NCBI GenBank assembly: GCA_963836235.1
Contig: CAWIIP010000002.1
Coordinates: 640,001-704,000 of the forward strand
DNA length: 64,000 nucleotides
Direction: 5' to 3'
Origin: an uncultured Pseudomonadota bacterium
Lineage (GTDB): Bacteria > Oederibacteriota > Muellerivitia > Muellerivitales > Muellerivitaceae
In this document: positions 32,134-42,658 of the stretch, one piece after another
Layout: each line of letters begins with the position of its first letter
Position numbering within the stretch: position 1 is the first letter of the stretch
Position numbers and translations under genes: made by a program
The notes under the pieces: generated by a model
Seen by the model: the letters and a program-made list of their open reading frames with translations, nothing else
The model's database searches: none
What the model was told of the DNA's origin: nothing

Positions 32134-33459
32134 TTAAAGGGCTTTTGCGGCTAGCGCGGCCAATGGCGAACGCTCGCTCTTCGAGAGGGTGATATGCCCA
32201 AACATTTCATTACCCTTGAAGCGCTCGGCTAAGTACACGATTCCATTGGAAGAAGCATCGAGGTAAGGGTTATCAATTTGGTAGGGGTCCCCGGTCAAAA
32301 TAATTTTGGTGCCCACCCCGGCACGGGAAACGATGGTCTTGATCTCGTGAGGTGTCAAGTTTTGGGCCTCATCCACGATCATAAATTGCTTAGGAATGGA
32401 CCGGCCCCGGATATAGGTCAGGGCTTCCATTTCCAATTTGTGGGAATCCAGAAGGTATTGGACCTTGTCATCCACCTCTTCCGTGTCGCTCTGCAAGTGT
32501 CCCTTATCAAGAATAAATTCCAAGTTATCGAAGATAGGCTGCATCCAGTTCATCAGCTTCTCGTCCTTGGTGCCCGGCAGATAGCCGATATCCTTCCCCA
32601 TCGGAACGATAGGCCGGGAAACCAACACGCGCCGGTATTTCTTCTCGTCCAGCGTCTTTAAAAGCCCGGCTGCCAAAGCCAAAAGGGTTTTGCCCGTGCC
32701 CGCCGAGCCCACCAGGGTCACCATGGGAATACGATCGTTTAAAAGAAGGTTCAGCGCGAAAAGCTGTTCCCGGTTGAGGTGCCGGATACCCCAGGCTTCC
32801 GGTTCCTTGAACCAAAGGGATTGCGCCTCTTTCGTTCCATCCCGATAAATCCCCAAAGCCGTTTTGCCCTCGTGGATGTCGCTTTTGAGGAGCAAAAACT
32901 CGTTTTCGTAAAGGGGCCTCTCCGTAAAATCCTTAAGGGAAAGTTTTCCGCTTTTATAAAAATCGTCGATCTGTGAATCCCGAACGACAACCGTAGCCCA
33001 GCCGGGGTAAAGCTCATCGATGTTGATCTTATTGGTCTCGTAATCCTCCGAAACCACACCCAGCGCGTCAGCCTTGATGCGGACGTTGATGTCTTTGGTA
33101 ATGAACTTCACATTCTCGCCCTTTTCCTTCAGGGAAATGGCGATGCCGATAATATTGTTGTCGATCTTCATGTGGGAAAGGGCGGCGGGCAGGTGGCCGT
33201 TGGGCTGGCTGATGTCCACCCGCAAGACCCCCCCGTTCGGCAGGGGCACCCCCTCCTGTAGCTTGCCCTTGGCCCTCAAGGAATCCAGCATCCGGGCTAC
33301 TTCCCGAGCGTTACGGCCCCGCTCATCCTCGTATTTCTTGAAGGTGTCCAATTCCTCGATGACACCCAAGGGAATGACTACTGTATTGTCTTCGAAGGAT
33401 TCCAAGGCGTGGGGGCTGTGAATGAGCACGTTGGTATCCAGCACGAAAGTTTTCTTCAT
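32134..33459 (-). CDS. PIN-PhoH family RNase/ATPase
   Basis: VLDTNVL PIN start, GSAGTGKT, DEAQN, GDPYQID; ATG 33459 overlaps upstream TGA. Confidence 0.92.
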   Translation of the reverse strand: MKKTFVLDTNVLIHSPHALESFEDNTVVIPLGVIEELDTFKKYEDERGRNAREVARMLDSLRAKGKLQEGVPLPNGGVLRVDISQPNGHLPAALSHMKIDNNIIGIAISLKEKGENVKFITKDINVRIKADALGVVSEDYETNKINIDELYPGWATVVVRDSQIDDFYKSGKLSLKDFTERPLYENEFLLLKSDIHEGKTALGIYRDGTKEAQSLWFKEPEAWGIRHLNREQLFALNLLLNDRIPMVTLVGSAGTGKTLLALAAGLLKTLDEKKYRRVLVSRPIVPMGKDIGYLPGTKDEKLMNWMQPIFDNLEFILDKGHLQSDTEEVDDKVQYLLDSHKLEMEALTYIRGRSIPKQFMIVDEAQNLTPHEIKTIVSRAGVGTKIILTGDPYQIDNPYLDASSNGIVYLAERFKGNEMFGHITLSKSERSPLAALAAKAL

Positions 33460-34175
33460 GTAGGGGTGCCCTCCGGGCGGAAGAGATGGAGTTTTAAGAA
33501 TTGAAACACCGATTGGGCGAGATACCAGGCCCATCGGAGAGTCTCGGAAAAAGCTAGCGGCAAAGGCAAAACCTGCGGCCAAACGAGGGAGAACAGGAGC
33601 ATTAGGACAATCATATTTCCGGCGAAAATGAAAATCAAGGAGAACACAACGCCCCCTTCCTTGAGATCGGGCTGGTGGTTCGACAGGGACCAAACCGTCA
33701 GGGCTAAATGGAAGGCATAGGTAAAACCGATGAGCCCCAGCAGGTAAATCTTGAAAGGCTGGGCCGCGATCACGTAGATCCCCAATGTAATCGCCGTGTA
33801 AAAAGGAAAGATATAAGGGGCTAAACTGATGAAGACGTGGGATTTGTTGACCACCGTCGTCCCCCCCGACCGGGAGGCTTGGATAGAAGTCACTTTTCCA
33901 CCCATGAGCATGGCCGCTAAGGCATGGGTCAGCTCATGAGCCATCACATGGCTCAACACAGGCTGGTAAAGGAGGAAATGGATGAGAAAATAGGCGGCGA
34001 AACAGACGAGAAAAACAATGGTTGCCAGTGATGTACAGGGCACCTTCAAGAAAGCCGGCCCCAGGACGCAGACCATAGCCACCGAGAACCAGACCATGAG
34101 GATGCTGAAAAGAATTTTGAGGAACAATCCGAGAAAGAATTTTTTAATTTTCAATGCCCCGATACCCGCCAACAT
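33456..34175 (-). CDS. M50-like intramembrane metallopeptidase
   Basis: Multi-TM, HELTH, SLAPY, distal Asp in HQPD. Confidence 0.7.
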   Translation of the reverse strand: MLAGIGALKIKKFFLGLFLKILFSILMVWFSVAMVCVLGPAFLKVPCTSLATIVFLVCFAAYFLIHFLLYQPVLSHVMAHELTHALAAMLMGGKVTSIQASRSGGTTVVNKSHVFISLAPYIFPFYTAITLGIYVIAAQPFKIYLLGLIGFTYAFHLALTVWSLSNHQPDLKEGGVVFSLIFIFAGNMIVLMLLFSLVWPQVLPLPLAFSETLRWAWYLAQSVFQFLKLHLFRPEGTPT

Positions 34176-34191
34176 GGAATGAACAAGATTC

Positions 34192-35121
34192 TTAGTCTAA
34201 TCCCTCATCCTGATCCATCGACTCTCCCAGGCCCATCTCTTCCCATTTGATCTGGGTGGCGATCTGGTATACCACTTCCCTCGGCAAGTCCCTCAGTTTG
34301 CAGACCGCCTTGACCGCTTCGGTCTTGGAGAGGCTCTGTTCCTTCATCAATTGGACAAGCTGGTCGGCGATGGAGACCCCGACCCATTTTTCCTGTAGCG
34401 AACGGTCCACATGCTCCGCTCCCTCCACCATCACCACGAATTCGCCCTTGGGTTCCACCGTCTTGAAATGCTTCCAAAGTTCCTGAAGGTTGCCCCGCAC
34501 GAATTCCTCATGCAATTTGGTCAGTTCCCTTCCCACCACCCCCTGGCGGTTGCCGAAAACGTTCATCATGTCCTTGAGGCTGTTCATGAGCCGGTGAGGG
34601 GATTCGAAAAAGACCAGGGTATGTTCTTGGGTTTTCAATTGCAGGAGGACCTTTTGCCGGTCCCCCGCCTTCGCGGGCAAAAACCCCGCGAAGGTAAAGG
34701 GCGTGGCGGGAAAACCGGAAGCGGGCAAGGCCGCCAAAAGCGCTGAGGCGCCGGGCACGGGTACCACCGAATAACCCTTCTCTACCACCGCCTTGACTAC
34801 CTGGAAACCGGGGTCCGAGATGCCCGGCATTCCCGCGTCCGTCACCAGGGCCACCGACCCGCCCTGGGATAGCGCGTTTAAAATCTCGTCCGTGCGTTTG
34901 ACTTCATTGTGCTCAAAACAGGAAATGAGTTTGGCGGGCTTGATCCCAAAATGAGTGAGAAGTTTGATCGTGTTGCGGGTATCTTCGGCGGCCACCAGGG
35001 TGGCTTCCTTCAACACCTTGAGCGCCCGGAAAGTCATGTCGTCCAGATTTCCGATGGGGGTGGCCACCAGGTAAAGGGTCGAAGGTTGGATGGCGTTCTT
35101 TTCAGCGCTTCTTTCGGGCAC
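34192..35121 (-). CDS. rsmI: 16S rRNA C1402 2'-O-methyltransferase
   Basis: LYLVATPIGNL, AEDTR, DAGMPGISDPG, FESPHRL, RELTKLHEE. Confidence 0.96.
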   Translation of the reverse strand: MPERSAEKNAIQPSTLYLVATPIGNLDDMTFRALKVLKEATLVAAEDTRNTIKLLTHFGIKPAKLISCFEHNEVKRTDEILNALSQGGSVALVTDAGMPGISDPGFQVVKAVVEKGYSVVPVPGASALLAALPASGFPATPFTFAGFLPAKAGDRQKVLLQLKTQEHTLVFFESPHRLMNSLKDMMNVFGNRQGVVGRELTKLHEEFVRGNLQELWKHFKTVEPKGEFVVMVEGAEHVDRSLQEKWVGVSIADQLVQLMKEQSLSKTEAVKAVCKLRDLPREVVYQIATQIKWEEMGLGESMDQDEGLD

Positions 35122-35713
35122 TTTTTCGGGAACCTTTCGGGGAAACCGCCTGGGCGGGTTTGGCCTTATTTTGAAACAGCTTCCTCAGTTTTTCCATTCC
35201 ATACCACACCCCAAATCCGATCAGAAGGCCCATCATATACCCCCCCAAGACATCCGAAGGGTAATGAAGCCCCAGGTAAACCCGGGACAACCCGACCAAC
35301 AGGGCGATCAGGACAAAAAGCCCGCGCCAGGGCCTAAAAGCCATGGCCAGAAGAAACATGGAGGATCCCATATTGGCGGCATGGCTGGAGGGAAATGAAA
35401 AGGCCCCGCTTTTTCCCGCCGGGGTCAGCACTCCATCCAAAGCGTTGCAAGGCCGTACCCGCTCAATTAGACCTTTGATAACATGGCTCACGATCTGGTC
35501 TGACAGAAGCACGGCCAAAGCCAAGCTGAGGACGAGCCAACGGCCTTTTGCCCCGCCTTTCCAAACCCAATAAAGGAGCAAGGCCGCGATCAAAATCCAA
35601 AAATGGCGGATATCGGCAATGAAAGAGAAGAAACTGTCAAAGAAAGGAGAAGACCAGCCTTCATTAATCCAGCGAAAGACGGCCACGTCTATGGAGTAGA
35701 GGAAAGAAAGCAA
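35102..35713 (-). CDS. PAP2 family phosphatase
   Basis: K..IERVRP, SFPSSH, SRVYLGLHYPSD. Confidence 0.92.
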   Translation of the reverse strand: MLSFLYSIDVAVFRWINEGWSSPFFDSFFSFIADIRHFWILIAALLLYWVWKGGAKGRWLVLSLALAVLLSDQIVSHVIKGLIERVRPCNALDGVLTPAGKSGAFSFPSSHAANMGSSMFLLAMAFRPWRGLFVLIALLVGLSRVYLGLHYPSDVLGGYMMGLLIGFGVWYGMEKLRKLFQNKAKPAQAVSPKGSRKSARKKR

Positions 35714-35717
35714 AGAG

Positions 35718-36836
35718 TCAGACCACCGCTGGGGCCGGATCTTCCTCCGGCATGTTCAGATAAATCTCCTCAAGGGTTTTCAAAACCCAGTCCGGATCGT
35801 CGGAGGTCAATAGTTTCTGCCGCATGTCCCGGGCGCCCTCAAACCCCTTAAAGTAATGGGTCAGGTGCTTTCGCATTTCCAAGAGGCCCATCCGGGGACC
35901 CTTTACTTCAATGGAGCATTTCAGTTGTTCCAGGGCCACACCAAAGCGGAACTTGAGGCTCGGCGTCTTCATGGGCTTTCCCGTTTCCAGGTAATGGTTG
36001 ATCTCCTCAAATATCCAGGGGGCGCCCATGCTTCCCCGGCCGATCATGATGCCGTCGCAGTTGGTTTGTTGGAACAGGCGGTAGGCGTCCTCGGCGGACT
36101 TCACGTCGCCGTTGCCGATGATGGGGATCCTGGCCTTTTCCTTCAGCCGGGCGATCACTTCCCAATTGGCCTTGCCCTCGAACATCTGGTTGCGCGTGCG
36201 GGCGTGAATGGCGAGAGCCGAAGCCCCGGCCTCTTCCACCGCCTGAAGTAACTCAAACACCGCGTTGTCCATGGCGTCATAACCCGCCCGGGTCTTGACC
36301 GTGATCGGCACCTTGCCGTCGGTGGCCTCGACCATGGCCTTCACGATCCAGCCGGCCCTTTGGGGCTCCTTCAAAACCGACGCGCCCGCGTCGCACTTAA
36401 GAATCTTGCCTACCGGACAGCCGAAATTGATGTCGATCACGTCAGGGTGGACATCCTCGACCACCTTCGCCGCCGCTTCCCCCATGATGGTCGGGTCGCC
36501 GCCGAAAAGCTGGACGCCCACTGGGCGCTCGGGCTCGGTGAATTCCATGAGATCGGCGGTCTTCTCGCTTCCCCCCGCCATAAGGGCCCGAGAACTCACC
36601 ATTTCAGTAACTACCATGGCCGCGCCATAACGTCGGGCCAGGCGGCGGAAAGCCGTATCGGTATAGCCCGCCATGGGGGCGAGGAAAACCCGCCCATTCA
36701 AGGTTAGGTCCCCCAGCTTCAATTCCCGGGCGCCCTTGCCCAAGGCCCCCAAAGGGGCCTCTTTCAGCTCGGAAGCCATAGAAACCTGGGAAGGCTTGTC
36801 GATGGATTGTTTGTCTTCTTTGGGCAATACGCTCAT
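35718..36836 (-). CDS. dusB: tRNA dihydrouridine synthase B
   Basis: LAPMAG, DINFGCP, IHART, GNGDV, MIGRG. Confidence 0.93.
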   Translation of the reverse strand: MSVLPKEDKQSIDKPSQVSMASELKEAPLGALGKGARELKLGDLTLNGRVFLAPMAGYTDTAFRRLARRYGAAMVVTEMVSSRALMAGGSEKTADLMEFTEPERPVGVQLFGGDPTIMGEAAAKVVEDVHPDVIDINFGCPVGKILKCDAGASVLKEPQRAGWIVKAMVEATDGKVPITVKTRAGYDAMDNAVFELLQAVEEAGASALAIHARTRNQMFEGKANWEVIARLKEKARIPIIGNGDVKSAEDAYRLFQQTNCDGIMIGRGSMGAPWIFEEINHYLETGKPMKTPSLKFRFGVALEQLKCSIEVKGPRMGLLEMRKHLTHYFKGFEGARDMRQKLLTSDDPDWVLKTLEEIYLNMPEEDPAPAVV

Positions 36837-37513
36837 GAGTTGAACAAGACCTCTTTAACCCCGGGAATCTTTTCCACCTTCCGAGAAATGGATTTTCCCC
36901 AAGCCGCCGGAATGGGTTTGAAATGAATCACGATATATTTTTCCGAAGGGCTCACGACCTGTGTTTCCGCCCGGATAATCTTGATATTGTCGTCCCGCAA
37001 AACTTCCTTAACGTTTTCCGTTAAATGGCCGGTTATCTTAGCATGGACGGTCATGTTGTGATAAAGGTTGTCCACCAGGGTATCTTCCAGCAAATTCATC
37101 AAATAAAGCACCAACATGACCAAAGCCGTGGTCAGAAGGGCTCCCGAATAAAAACCGCATCCGGCGGCTAGACCGATGACCGCGGCCACCCAAAGAGTCG
37201 CGGCGGTGGTCAATCCCGAAACCAGTCCTTCTTTCAGGTGCAAAATAGTCCCCGCGCCCAAGAAACCGATGCCGGTCAAGACGTTTTGCGCTATACGGGG
37301 ATCCATTTGGTACTCCCCATTAACAACCGGCCCGGTCAGGATTGAAATTAGCATCGCCAAAGCTGAACCCAGCCCGACCAGGATATGGGTGCGCAATCCC
37401 GCAGGCTTGCGGAAACGTTCCCGGTCCCAGCCGATAACACCGGTTAGAACTACGGTCGCCAAAAGCCGCAGGATGATTGTGCCAAGGTAAAGATTAAAAG
37501 GAATATCTTGCAT
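36833..37513 (-). CDS. MgtC/SapB family membrane protein
   Basis: PAGLRTH, RIAQNVLTGIGFLGAG, GLTTAATLW. Confidence 0.92.
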   Translation of the reverse strand: MQDIPFNLYLGTIILRLLATVVLTGVIGWDRERFRKPAGLRTHILVGLGSALAMLISILTGPVVNGEYQMDPRIAQNVLTGIGFLGAGTILHLKEGLVSGLTTAATLWVAAVIGLAAGCGFYSGALLTTALVMLVLYLMNLLEDTLVDNLYHNMTVHAKITGHLTENVKEVLRDDNIKIIRAETQVVSPSEKYIVIHFKPIPAAWGKSISRKVEKIPGVKEVLFNS

Positions 37514-37565
37514 GGATTTTATTGTAACAGGAAGGGCATGGCGCCGAAAGGGAGGCCAGCTTCGA

Positions 37566-38576
37566 CTAGCATAAAGTCGAGTAGGGCATCGCGGTGGCGG
37601 AAAGGGAGGCCACCTTGCCTTTGGAAATCTGCCAAGCGCCTAACCCAGCGATCATGGCCGCGTTGTCCGAGCAATACTTCGGAGGCGGGACCCGCAAAAC
37701 CACGCCGGATTTTTCCGCCAGGATTTTAAGGGCTTCCCGCAAGGCCTGGTTACAGGCCACCCCACCCCCCATCACCAGGCTTTTGGGCTTTAATTCCGCC
37801 AATGCCACCCCTACCCGCAAAGTGATCTCCTCGACCACCGTGTTTTGAAAACGGGCCGAAAGTTTTTCCCGGTCTTTGTCCGATACCGGAGGATTCTTTT
37901 TGATCTCCAGCATGACCGCCGTCTTTAACCCGCTGAAAGAAAAATCCTGGCTCTTATCTTTCATTTTGGAGAGCGAAAAAGTGCCGGTTGTTTCAGGGGA
38001 AAGCTTCGCCAGTTTTTCGACGATCGGGCCGCCTGGATATCCCAACCCCATCAATTTAGCCACTTTATCGAAAGCCTCCCCGGCCGCGTCGTCACGCGTA
38101 GAGGCCAAAAGCCGGTACTCCCCCCAACCCTCCATGTGGTAAAGCTCCGTATGCCCTCCCGAGACCACCAAACCCAGGGCGGGAAACTCAACCGCTGGGG
38201 CGTCCAATTGGGCCGCGTAAAGATGGGCCTCAATATGGTGAACCGTCGCCAGGGGCAAATGAAGGCGAAAAGCCAAACCCTTGGCCGCTGAAAGCCCGAC
38301 CAGAAGGGCTCCTATAAGTCCGGGAGCTGAGGTCACGGCGATTCCCGTTAAATCGTCAAAGGTCGTTTGAGATTGCTTGAGGACTTCCTGGACCAAAAAC
38401 GGCAGGCTCTCCAGGTGCTGGCGGGAAGCTACTTCCGGAACCACCCCACCGTAACGGCTATGGAGCTCCATTTGGGAAGCCACCTCATTGGCCAAAACCC
38501 GATGGCCGTCCATAACCACCGCCGCCGCGGTCTCATCGCAGGAGGATTCAATTCCTAAAATAATACTTTTTTCCAT
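37566..38576 (-). CDS. tsaD: tRNA threonylcarbamoyltransferase
   Basis: GIESSCDET, GGVVPEVASR, HHIEAH, VSGGHT, DAAGEAFDK, DNAAMI. Confidence 0.97.
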   Translation of the reverse strand: MEKSIILGIESSCDETAAAVVMDGHRVLANEVASQMELHSRYGGVVPEVASRQHLESLPFLVQEVLKQSQTTFDDLTGIAVTSAPGLIGALLVGLSAAKGLAFRLHLPLATVHHIEAHLYAAQLDAPAVEFPALGLVVSGGHTELYHMEGWGEYRLLASTRDDAAGEAFDKVAKLMGLGYPGGPIVEKLAKLSPETTGTFSLSKMKDKSQDFSFSGLKTAVMLEIKKNPPVSDKDREKLSARFQNTVVEEITLRVGVALAELKPKSLVMGGGVACNQALREALKILAEKSGVVLRVPPPKYCSDNAAMIAGLGAWQISKGKVASLSATAMPYSTLC

Positions 38577-38582
38577 GAGTTA

Positions 38583-39740
38583 TTATTCCTTAACGGCTTC
38601 CGAGGCGTAAACAAATTGGAAACCTTGGTCCCTCAACTGGTGGACGGCTTCTTCCAAGGTTTTAAGCGTCACGACTTTAAAATGCCCGATAGCCACAACT
38701 TGGCCGTGCTTTTTGGCGTAAGCGGCGGCTTGACCCAACTGTTTCAAGATGGCACCCGGAGTTTCCACGTTGTCCAAAAAAACATTCCGGCTGGCGACGG
38801 GAACCCCTGTTTTTCGGGCCTCCTGCTCGACCACCGATTTGGCGGTCGTTCGGGAATCAATAATGAAAAGACCGCCGGGTTTCAGGGCCTCACAAACACC
38901 CAAGATGAGTTCCGGGTCCTCTGTCGCCACGCTTCCCATATGGTTGTTCAAGCCCCGGCAGTTAGGCAGGTCTTCGAGGGCTTCTTCCACGTCTTTTTTC
39001 GCGACGGAGGAATCCATTCCCTTTTTTAATAAGGCCTTATAATTCCCGCCGACCGTTCCCTTTTCATGCCCCTCCATGGGCATGTGGCACATCACTTCTA
39101 CCCCATGCGCCGGGAATTCCTCGGCCAGGCTTTTGGAGAATTCAACATCGGGGATAATCGATACCGTCACTGGCACCTTAAACCCGTAAAGATGCTCCAA
39201 CGCCTCACCCTTTTGATAACCGCCATCATCAATGATGAGACAGATGCGGGGTTTTTTAACTTCGTTAAAGGAAATCTCAACTGGCACCCATTCCGAACTA
39301 TAAGTAAATAAACAAGACCCGCTGTCGGACAATGTTTCCCGGGCCCCAAGGGGTTGGGCTGTGGATTCCAGTTGCGACGCCAATTCCCTGGCGGAATAGC
39401 GCCAAGGCAGCCGAAACTCTTCGAAATAAGTAGAGATGACTTTTCCCTGGACCGTCGCGGGCCTGGTTTCAACTTCCCGGTCGAGAAGCTTCAGCAGATC
39501 TAAGCTTTGGAGTTTGTCGTTCAAGGCTTTGAGAAGCTTATCCGTAGACTCGGCGGGATCGCCCCGGAAGAAATCGGATGTGCCGGGAGTGGAAAAAGGC
39601 TTGGCGGCGGAAACAGCCGAAGAACCTTTAAAATAACGCCACATCAAAAAAACGACGACCGCCAGGGATAAAAAGATGACCAAAAAGTTCGCCAAAAACC
39701 CCCGGATATTCCCTTTTTCACTTTTTCCGGGGAACCCCAA
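38583..39740 (-). CDS. Divergent polysaccharide deacetylase family (YibQ-like)
   Basis: IIDDGG, HMPME, NNHMGS, DSRT, RNVFLD, AIGH. Confidence 0.92.
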   Translation of the reverse strand: MGFPGKSEKGNIRGFLANFLVIFLSLAVVVFLMWRYFKGSSAVSAAKPFSTPGTSDFFRGDPAESTDKLLKALNDKLQSLDLLKLLDREVETRPATVQGKVISTYFEEFRLPWRYSARELASQLESTAQPLGARETLSDSGSCLFTYSSEWVPVEISFNEVKKPRICLIIDDGGYQKGEALEHLYGFKVPVTVSIIPDVEFSKSLAEEFPAHGVEVMCHMPMEGHEKGTVGGNYKALLKKGMDSSVAKKDVEEALEDLPNCRGLNNHMGSVATEDPELILGVCEALKPGGLFIIDSRTTAKSVVEQEARKTGVPVASRNVFLDNVETPGAILKQLGQAAAYAKKHGQVVAIGHFKVVTLKTLEEAVHQLRDQGFQFVYASEAVKE

Positions 39741-39748
39741 AGCGGCCC

Positions 39749-41305
39749 TTATTCCCCGTCGTCTTGCTTGTTTTTTCCACGTTCTTCCTCAAGTTTTTTC
39801 TCACCGGCTTTTTCGGTATCTTTTCGCTTGGGATATTCGGCATAAAGCTTCCGGCTGATATGTCCGCCGTTTTCGATGATATCTTCGGCCACCGCCACTT
39901 GGGGATCATGCAAGACCGCCAATTTTCGAGCGTCCGCCTCACCCAACTTGGCCCGGACCAGTTCCACATAGAGGCTGTCTTTTAGGTAATCCGTGTCTTT
40001 CTTCAGTTCATCCTTGTCGATCTTCTTGACGTTCTTCACGCAATAATCGACAAAACGATCCATGATAGCCGGGGTCAAATCGGTATCCGCCGAAACCACC
40101 ATGCCTTCCTTAACGAGGACTGCGGCGAATTTTTCCACCATCTGCTGGGTGTAAATCTTGAGAGTGGATTCGGACAAATCGTGGTCACGCAGATCAAGAT
40201 CGGGGTCAATCCCAATACCATGAATGCAAACACCCGAGGGGGTGTAATACTTGGCCATGGTAAGCCTCAGCGCGGCCCCATCGCTTCCTTCCAGGGGAAG
40301 GATGGTCTGAACCGACCCTTTTCCGAAGGTCTTCGAACCGATCAAGGTGGCCCGCTTCCAATCTTTCAGGGCGCCTGAAACGATCTCCGCCCCGGAGGCG
40401 CTGCCTTCATTTACCATCACGACAATGGGCCGGTTCTTATCGAACTTTTCCCCATCGGTAGCCCTATATTCTGAGGTTTGGTTTTCGCTTCTTCCTTTGG
40501 TGGAGACGATCATGTCGCCCTTCTTGCCAAAGAAATCGGAGACACCTATGGCTTCATTCAAAAGGCCTCCGGGATCGTTGCGCAAGTCGATCACCAGGCC
40601 TTTTAAAGTAGCCTGCTTTTCCAAATCGTTCACTGCCTTCACAAAATCGTCCGTCGTGTTGTCGATAAATTCGGTAATGCGGACATAGCCAATGTCGCGG
40701 GGAAGCATATAGGCATGAATACTTTCGATCTTGATGTTATCCCGAACCAGCGTCACATCGAAAGGCTCGCCCAATCCTTCCCGTAAAACGGTGATCGTCA
40801 CTTTCGTGCCTACTTTTCCGCGAAGACGCTTCACCGCGTCATTGATGGACATGGCGGCCGTGCTCTCATCCCCGATCTTAATGATCTTGTCCCCGGATTT
40901 GAGTCCTGCCTTGTCGGCGGGAGTCCCTTCAATGGGGGAGACAATCGTCAAGCGGTCATCTTTCAGGGCGATCTCAATGCCCAATCCCCCAAATTTTCCG
41001 GAAGTCTCGGTCTGCATATCCTTATATTCGTCGGGAGGCATGAACTGGCTGAAAGGGTCCAGAGTATTGACCATGCCGTTCAAGGCGCCATAAACCAGCG
41101 TTTTGGGATCCGTTTTGTCGACGTCCACGTATTTCTCCCGGATGATGGCCAGGGCATCGGCGAAAGGTTGGAGGTATTTATAGACATCCTCGTTGGTTTC
41201 TTTGGGCTGATTGGCTGATTGGGTAGCGGCTCCCGCGGCGAAGCTCACGGCGCAAAGGGCCAACAACAAAAAGGCCGTGGTGAGAATTGACGGGCGGCGT
41301 TCCAT
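39749..41305 (-). CDS. ctpA: S41 carboxyl-terminal processing protease
   Basis: GLGIEI PDZ, DLRNDPGG, SASGAEI, TFGKGSVQ; ATG 41305 behind GGAGGA. Confidence 0.93.
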   Translation of the reverse strand: MERRPSILTTAFLLLALCAVSFAAGAATQSANQPKETNEDVYKYLQPFADALAIIREKYVDVDKTDPKTLVYGALNGMVNTLDPFSQFMPPDEYKDMQTETSGKFGGLGIEIALKDDRLTIVSPIEGTPADKAGLKSGDKIIKIGDESTAAMSINDAVKRLRGKVGTKVTITVLREGLGEPFDVTLVRDNIKIESIHAYMLPRDIGYVRITEFIDNTTDDFVKAVNDLEKQATLKGLVIDLRNDPGGLLNEAIGVSDFFGKKGDMIVSTKGRSENQTSEYRATDGEKFDKNRPIVVMVNEGSASGAEIVSGALKDWKRATLIGSKTFGKGSVQTILPLEGSDGAALRLTMAKYYTPSGVCIHGIGIDPDLDLRDHDLSESTLKIYTQQMVEKFAAVLVKEGMVVSADTDLTPAIMDRFVDYCVKNVKKIDKDELKKDTDYLKDSLYVELVRAKLGEADARKLAVLHDPQVAVAEDIIENGGHISRKLYAEYPKRKDTEKAGEKKLEEERGKNKQDDGE

Positions 41306-41352
41306 AACTTCCTCCAAAAATATTTTTCGCTTTTAAGTTCTTGTTCTCAAAA

Positions 41353-41377
41353 GGCTTTTGATCTCCGATCAAAAGCC
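41353..41377 (-). terminator. Hairpin between envC and ctpA
   Basis: Perfect 11-bp inverted repeat GGCTTTTGATC/GATCAAAAGCC followed by TTTTG on the minus strand. Confidence 0.55.
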
Positions 41378-41401
41378 CACAATCATTCAAAGCTTTTCAT
41401 G

Positions 41402-42658
41402 CTACGTTTGTCGTTTAAGCCAAAGAATGGGATCTTGCGGTATGCCGTTCTTTCGGATTTCGAAATAAAGACTGGTTCCCACCAGGGACCCTGTGTCCCC
41501 AACGGTTCCAAGGATTTCTCCCGCCAAAACCGTTTGGCCTTCCGTCACATTCAATTCGGCGGCTTGGGCGTAGAGAGAATAATACCCCTCCCCATGGTCT
41601 AAAATCACTAGTTTTCCATAACCCTTGAACCAATCGGCGAAACGCACCTTGCCGTCCGCCACAGCCTTAAAAGGCGTTCCTTCGGGGGCCTGGATCTGAA
41701 TACCGGTGTTATCCACCACTTCTTTAAATTGAGCGTTCTTGGACTTTCCGAAGAATTGGATGATCGTTCCCGAAACGGGCCAGGGAATTTTCCCGCGTTT
41801 TATTTTCAATCCCGTTCCAGCCGAAACCCAGGCCACCTGGGATTTTCTGGCTTCTTCGGCTTGCTTCAAAAACGAGGAAACTTTCTCTTGTAAGTTTTGA
41901 GCCGCCTGGCTCAACTCCTCAATCTTCTTTTCCTGCTCTACCTTTTGACGTTGAATCCTATCCAAAGAGATCGTCCGATTTTTATGCTTTTGGGAATAGT
42001 TGGCTTCTTGCCTCCCCAAAATCGACAAAAGTCTTTCTTTTCGCCGTTCCTCCTGGTTCCATTCGTCCGATTTCCGCTCAAATTGCTCTTCACTCTTGTA
42101 GGTCTGGGAAAGGAGCTTTTCATTGCCATGGGCAAGGATCATTTCAAATTTGAGTTTCCTCGCCAAGTCTCCGAAACTTTCCGAATCCAGGATTCCCCCC
42201 AAGAAAGGCTGTCGGAAAGACATTCGATAGAGGTCCTGGAGGCGTTGTTTTAACAATTGGCGGCTCTGGGCCAAGTCTTGTTGGTTCTCGGCTATATCGC
42301 TTCGCAACTCATCCAGACGGACGCGGGTTTCCTTCAAATCCTCTTCATTCGCTTCCTTTTCACGTCTCAAATTCCCGAGCTTCCGGTCCACTTGTCGAAG
42401 CTGGCCAAGAACTTTTTTTTCTTTCACATCCGCCAGTCGTTTTTGCTTCTTTTGCTCGGCTATTTTTTTCTCGATAACAGCCAAGTCTTTTTTGTTTTTG
42501 TGAAGGTCTGTCTTGATCTGTCCCGCATCGGATGCGGGAGTGTTTAAAGTTTCTTGGCACAAGGCGGGCATAACAACCAGGAATAATACCGCGAAAACGA
42601 AGGCAACCCGAAAGTTCTGGGTTCCTAGCTTTAAGTTCTCAGTTATCGACATTTTCAC
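41402..42658 (-). CDS. envC: EnvC-like murein hydrolase activator (coiled coil + degenerate M23)
   Basis: Long coiled coil, WPVSG, NTGIQI and SLYFEIR instead of HxxxD/HxH; after ftsEX; start uncertain (42658 or 42652). Confidence 0.85.
   Translation of the reverse strand: MKMSITENLKLGTQNFRVAFVFAVLFLVVMPALCQETLNTPASDAGQIKTDLHKNKKDLAVIEKKIAEQKKQKRLADVKEKKVLGQLRQVDRKLGNLRREKEANEEDLKETRVRLDELRSDIAENQQDLAQSRQLLKQRLQDLYRMSFRQPFLGGILDSESFGDLARKLKFEMILAHGNEKLLSQTYKSEEQFERKSDEWNQEERRKERLLSILGRQEANYSQKHKNRTISLDRIQRQKVEQEKKIEELSQAAQNLQEKVSSFLKQAEEARKSQVAWVSAGTGLKIKRGKIPWPVSGTIIQFFGKSKNAQFKEVVDNTGIQIQAPEGTPFKAVADGKVRFADWFKGYGKLVILDHGEGYYSLYAQAAELNVTEGQTVLAGEILGTVGDTGSLVGTSLYFEIRKNGIPQDPILWLKRQT

Noticed and set aside
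33460-33693. N-terminal extensions in the ORF track for PhoH (also rpsL, folD, metF, coaE)
   Set aside because: They overlap neighbouring genes or leaders; downstream starts have SD sequences or stop-start coupling and match family N-termini
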